A stretch of 64,000 nt of DNA from Heteronotia binoei. Taxonomy: Eukaryota. The notes beneath the pieces were generated by a model that was given only the letters and a program-made list of their open reading frames with translations, searched no databases and was not told where the DNA came from. The position numbers and the translations under genes are program-made. Where the stretch lies: positions 48,546,001-48,610,000 of the forward strand of contig NC_083240.1 in assembly GCF_032191835.1 (NCBI RefSeq), given 5' to 3'. Each line of letters starts with the position of its first letter. Position 1 is the first letter of the stretch. Below are positions 60,571-64,000 of the stretch, one piece after another.

Positions 60571-62520
60571 TTCTTTTGTGTAGGGACTTCTGGTGTGATG
60601 CCATCCTAAGATTGAGTCCCACTCTTTAAATCCCTGGAAGTCAATGGGCTTGGAGGGTGTGACTCTGCCTAGGATGGCAGCATATGTGCCTGTTGCAGTG
60701 TGTGATGGCAGTGAGGGATTAAAGGATAGCAGTGAAACACTTCTTGCTTCATCTGGGTACTGGAAGTGACTGAAAGCCAAAATCCCTTTTGGATCATCTT
60801 CTGGAGTGGGCACAGATCTTGCTTGGTTGTGCTCAGATATACCCCCCCAGCTCCCTTTTCAAAGGGTTTTAAAATTAGAATTTTTAATACAACTGAACAG
60901 TTCTCCACCTCCTCCTCAGCAAATGTACTAGCTCCATGTGTGATTCATTGTCAATTCCCATTCTCTCTTCTGTATGTTTTCCCTCTCCTTTTTTTGCTCA
61001 GTGTTTACAGTGAAGCAGAACATTTTTAAAAGCTCCTCTACGTCACTAAGATTTGGAACAAAATATTAAATCAGTGTCTCTGACACCAGTGATTGGATGC
61101 AGGCAAGAGCTTCATCTCTGTCTGCGTAGAGGCTGTGAACTATTAAGACACCAGATTGCCCCTTATACAGTCACTGGACCGAAGAAGAGGCCTCGTGGGG
61201 GGCGGGGTCCAAAGTCTAATTAACTTGCAGCAACATAGCAGTTCTTGTTTCCCCCGTGATTGGCCCTTGCACGGCTCCGCTGGAGGAATCACCAGCCACA
61301 CAGGATTGGGTTCTTCCAGATGGATGTAGCACCTCCTGTGTCTCCACCTCGTGTGGTTAGAGTTCCAGATGGAGGTTCAAATCCTCACTCTGCCAGGGAA
61401 GTTCACTTCAGGCCAGTCAGACATTCTCAGGTGGGGCATGGAAAATATATAGAATAAATTCCTGGGAATCCATTGGCCTTCCAAGGGGAAGAAACTATTT
61501 ATTGATTCCAGGTATTTGTTGGTCATTTCTTTCAAAATCTAGCCAAAGTGGCTTCTAACCAATCATAAGTACGTTACGACAGCTGAGTAAGTTGTTGTTT
61601 AGATGCATGCAGCTTAGCATCTGCACTAATTTCCAAACAAAAGTGTTTGCCTTTTTTTTTCTTGTGAAACAAGGAACTTCCCCAGTAAAATCTAACTAAA
61701 AAAGGCAAAGGTCAATAAACATATTTCTTCCATCAAACAAGCCATGGAGGGTTAGTCCAAAGACATGGTTCTGTGGCCTTCAGTGAGCAGGGAGAAATGT
61801 GCTGCTCAGTTAGAGAGCCCAGAAGGCATAGGGGGGACACATAACATCATCGCCTTCTTTTACTGGCAGACCAGATGAGCTCTCCTGATTGGCCAAGCCA
61901 AGTATAAATAATCAGTTTCTGTCCTGGTCAGCAAAGCAGTATCTTCTGCTAGCTGTTTCAGCAATTCTGGACCCACTTCCTAGAGCCTAGATTTATGCGT
62001 AGCCTCCTCTAACTTTGGCCAGACCACACTGACAGTAGTTGTTGGAAAGGTTCAGTTGGCATCTTTCTTACTGTGCCCTTTTGAGAATCCCAACAGCAGC
62101 CCTCTAGAACATAAAAGGCTGCCATTTTTCACTCCTTTTGGTGTGTAACCGCAAGAGAATGGTGGCATTTCACTGCAATGCCATGAAAGGTGCCAACAGG
62201 AGACCTTGGCAAGGTCATTAGGTGGGTGCACCTTCTGTCAATGGCAAAATTCTGCTAGATGCTGTGGTCATTTAGATGAGTGAAGCATTCGTAATCCCTT
62301 TTCTGCTGGAGAGAGGGGAGATGCTTCATATGTGTCAGTCTATTAAGAGCTATTAATAGCCTCTCACAGGACAACACAATGGGGGTGGGATTTATTGCCG
62401 ACAGGAGCCAGGAAGCTGCATCATGTCTCTGGATTCCAGGGTGATTTCTCAATAGGCAGCACTGAGGATCCATACAGTTGCCTATGGAAGTGGCAGAAGT
62501 TGGTGGCCTCTTGCCAGCAG

Positions 62521-63324
62521 AAGAACATAAGAGAAGCCCTGTTGGATCAGGCCAGTGGCCCATCCAGTCCAACACTCTGTGTCACATAAGAACATAAGAG
62601 AAGCCCTGTTGGATCAGGCCAGTGGCCCATCCAGTCCAACACTCTGTGTCACATAAGAACATAAGAGAAGCCCTGTTGGATCAGGCCAGTGGCTCATCCA
62701 GTCCAACACTCTGTGTCACATAAGAACATAAGAGAAGCCCTGTTGCATCAGGCCAGTGGCCCCTCCAGTCCAACACTCTGTGTAACATAAGAATATAAGA
62801 GAAGCCCTGTTGGATCAGGCCAGTGGCCCATCCAGTCCAACACTCTGTGTCACATAAGAACATAAGAGAAGCCCTGTTGGATCAGGCCAATGGCCCATCC
62901 AGTCCAACACTCTGTGTCACATAAGAACATAAGAGAAGCCCTGTTGGATCAGGCCAATGGCCCATCCAGTCCAACACTCTGTGTCACATAAGAACATGAG
63001 AGAAGCCCTGTTGGATCAGGCCAGTGGCCCATCCAGTCCAACACTCTGTGTCACATAAGAACATGAGAGAAGCCATGTTAGATCAGGTCAGTGGCCCATC
63101 CAGTCCAACACTCTATGTCACAGAAGAACATAAGAGAAGCCCTGTTGGATCAGGCCAATGGCCCATCCAGTCCAACACTCTGTGTCACATAAGAACATGA
63201 GAGAAGCCCTGTTGGATCAGGCCAATGGCCCATCCAGTCCAACACTCTGTGTCCCATAAGAAAATAAGAGAAGCCCTGTTGGATCAGGCCAGTGGCCCAT
63301 CCAGTCCAACACTCTGTGTCACAC
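62521..63324. repeat. 12 x 67-bp tandem array of the CR1 3' terminus
   Basis: Units start at 62521 + 67n; consensus aagaacataagagaagccctgttggatcaggccagtggcccatccagtccaacactctgtgtcacat. Confidence 0.97.
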
Positions 63325-64000
63325 TGTGGCTAATAGCCACTGATGGACCTCTGCTCCATATTTTTATCCAATCCCCTCTTAAAGCTGGCTATGCTTGTGG
63401 CCACCACCACCTCCTGTGGCAGTGAATTCCACATGTTAATCACCCTTTGGGTGAAGAAGTACCTCCTTTTATCCGTTCTAACCCGACTGCTCAGCAATTT
63501 CATCGAATGTCCACGAGTTCTTGTATTGTGAGAAAGGGAGAAAAGTACTTCTTTCTCTACCTTCTCCATCCCATGCATTATCTTGTAAACCTCTATCATG
63601 TCACCCGCAGTCGACGGTTCTCAAAGCTAAAGAGCCCGAAGTGTTTCAACCTTTCTTCATAGGGAAAGTGTTCCAACCCTTTAATCATTCTAGTTGCCCT
63701 TTTCTGGACTTTCTCCAATGCTATAATATCCTTTTTGAGGTGCGGTGACCAGAATTGCACACAGAATTCCAAATGAGACCGCACCATCAATTTATATAGG
63801 GGCATTATGATACTGGCTGATTTGTTTTCAATTCCCTTCCTAATAATTCCCAGCATGGCGTTGGCCTTTTTTATTGCAATGGCAAACTGTCTTGACATTT
63901 TCAGTGAGTTCTCTACCACGACCCCAAGATCTCTCTCTTGGTCAGTATCTGTCAGTTCACAACACATCAACTTGTATTTGTAGCTGGGATTCTTGGCCCC
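62521..64000 (-). mobile_element. CR1 LINE (runs off the window) with tandemly amplified 3' end
   Basis: ORFs 63596-63970 and 63330-63599 are CR1 RT C-terminal pieces, near-identical to the 52646 copy. Confidence 0.95.

Noticed and set aside
62521-63324. CRISPR-like array of hairpin repeats
   Set aside because: Units are contiguous with no unique spacers, match the CR1 3' end, and the context is a vertebrate intron with no cas genes.
50000-64000. SGSM2 exon 3 (AVEACLLH...)
   Set aside because: Not found by eye; it probably lies beyond the window, though a missed exon cannot be excluded without tBLASTn.

Overview
Vertebrate DNA from a squamate reptile, probably a gecko (Sauria SINEs, Squam3-like SINEs, BovB, abundant CR1 and hAT MITEs). 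It holds two host genes, both on the + strand. These are the last three coding exons of TNFAIP1/BACURD2 (657-6630) and the CpG-island promoter plus first two coding exons of SGSM2 (25316-25372, 49924-49999), with a 156-bp N gap just inside SGSM2 intron 1. Almost everything else is transposon-derived. The richest object is a sushi/Tf1-type Gypsy LTR retrotransposon on the - strand in SGSM2 intron 1 (36960-40322, exact GCCAC target duplication). It shows (i) an 11-nt tRNA-independent self-priming PBS complementary to the predicted transcript start, (ii) a PEG10-like GGGAAAC slippery site plus pseudoknot that joins gag to pro in the -1 frame, and (iii) a 3' LTR reduced to its last 20 bp and fused into pol. 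Other notable structures are a 12 x 67-bp tandem amplification of a CR1 3' terminus, a 271-bp palindrome-of-palindromes inside a Harbinger-like MITE nested with a solo LTR in an L1, a foldback element flanked by a 14-bp duplication, and Penelope-like fragments with decayed hammerhead-ribozyme cores. All family assignments come from recalled motifs; no database search was run.
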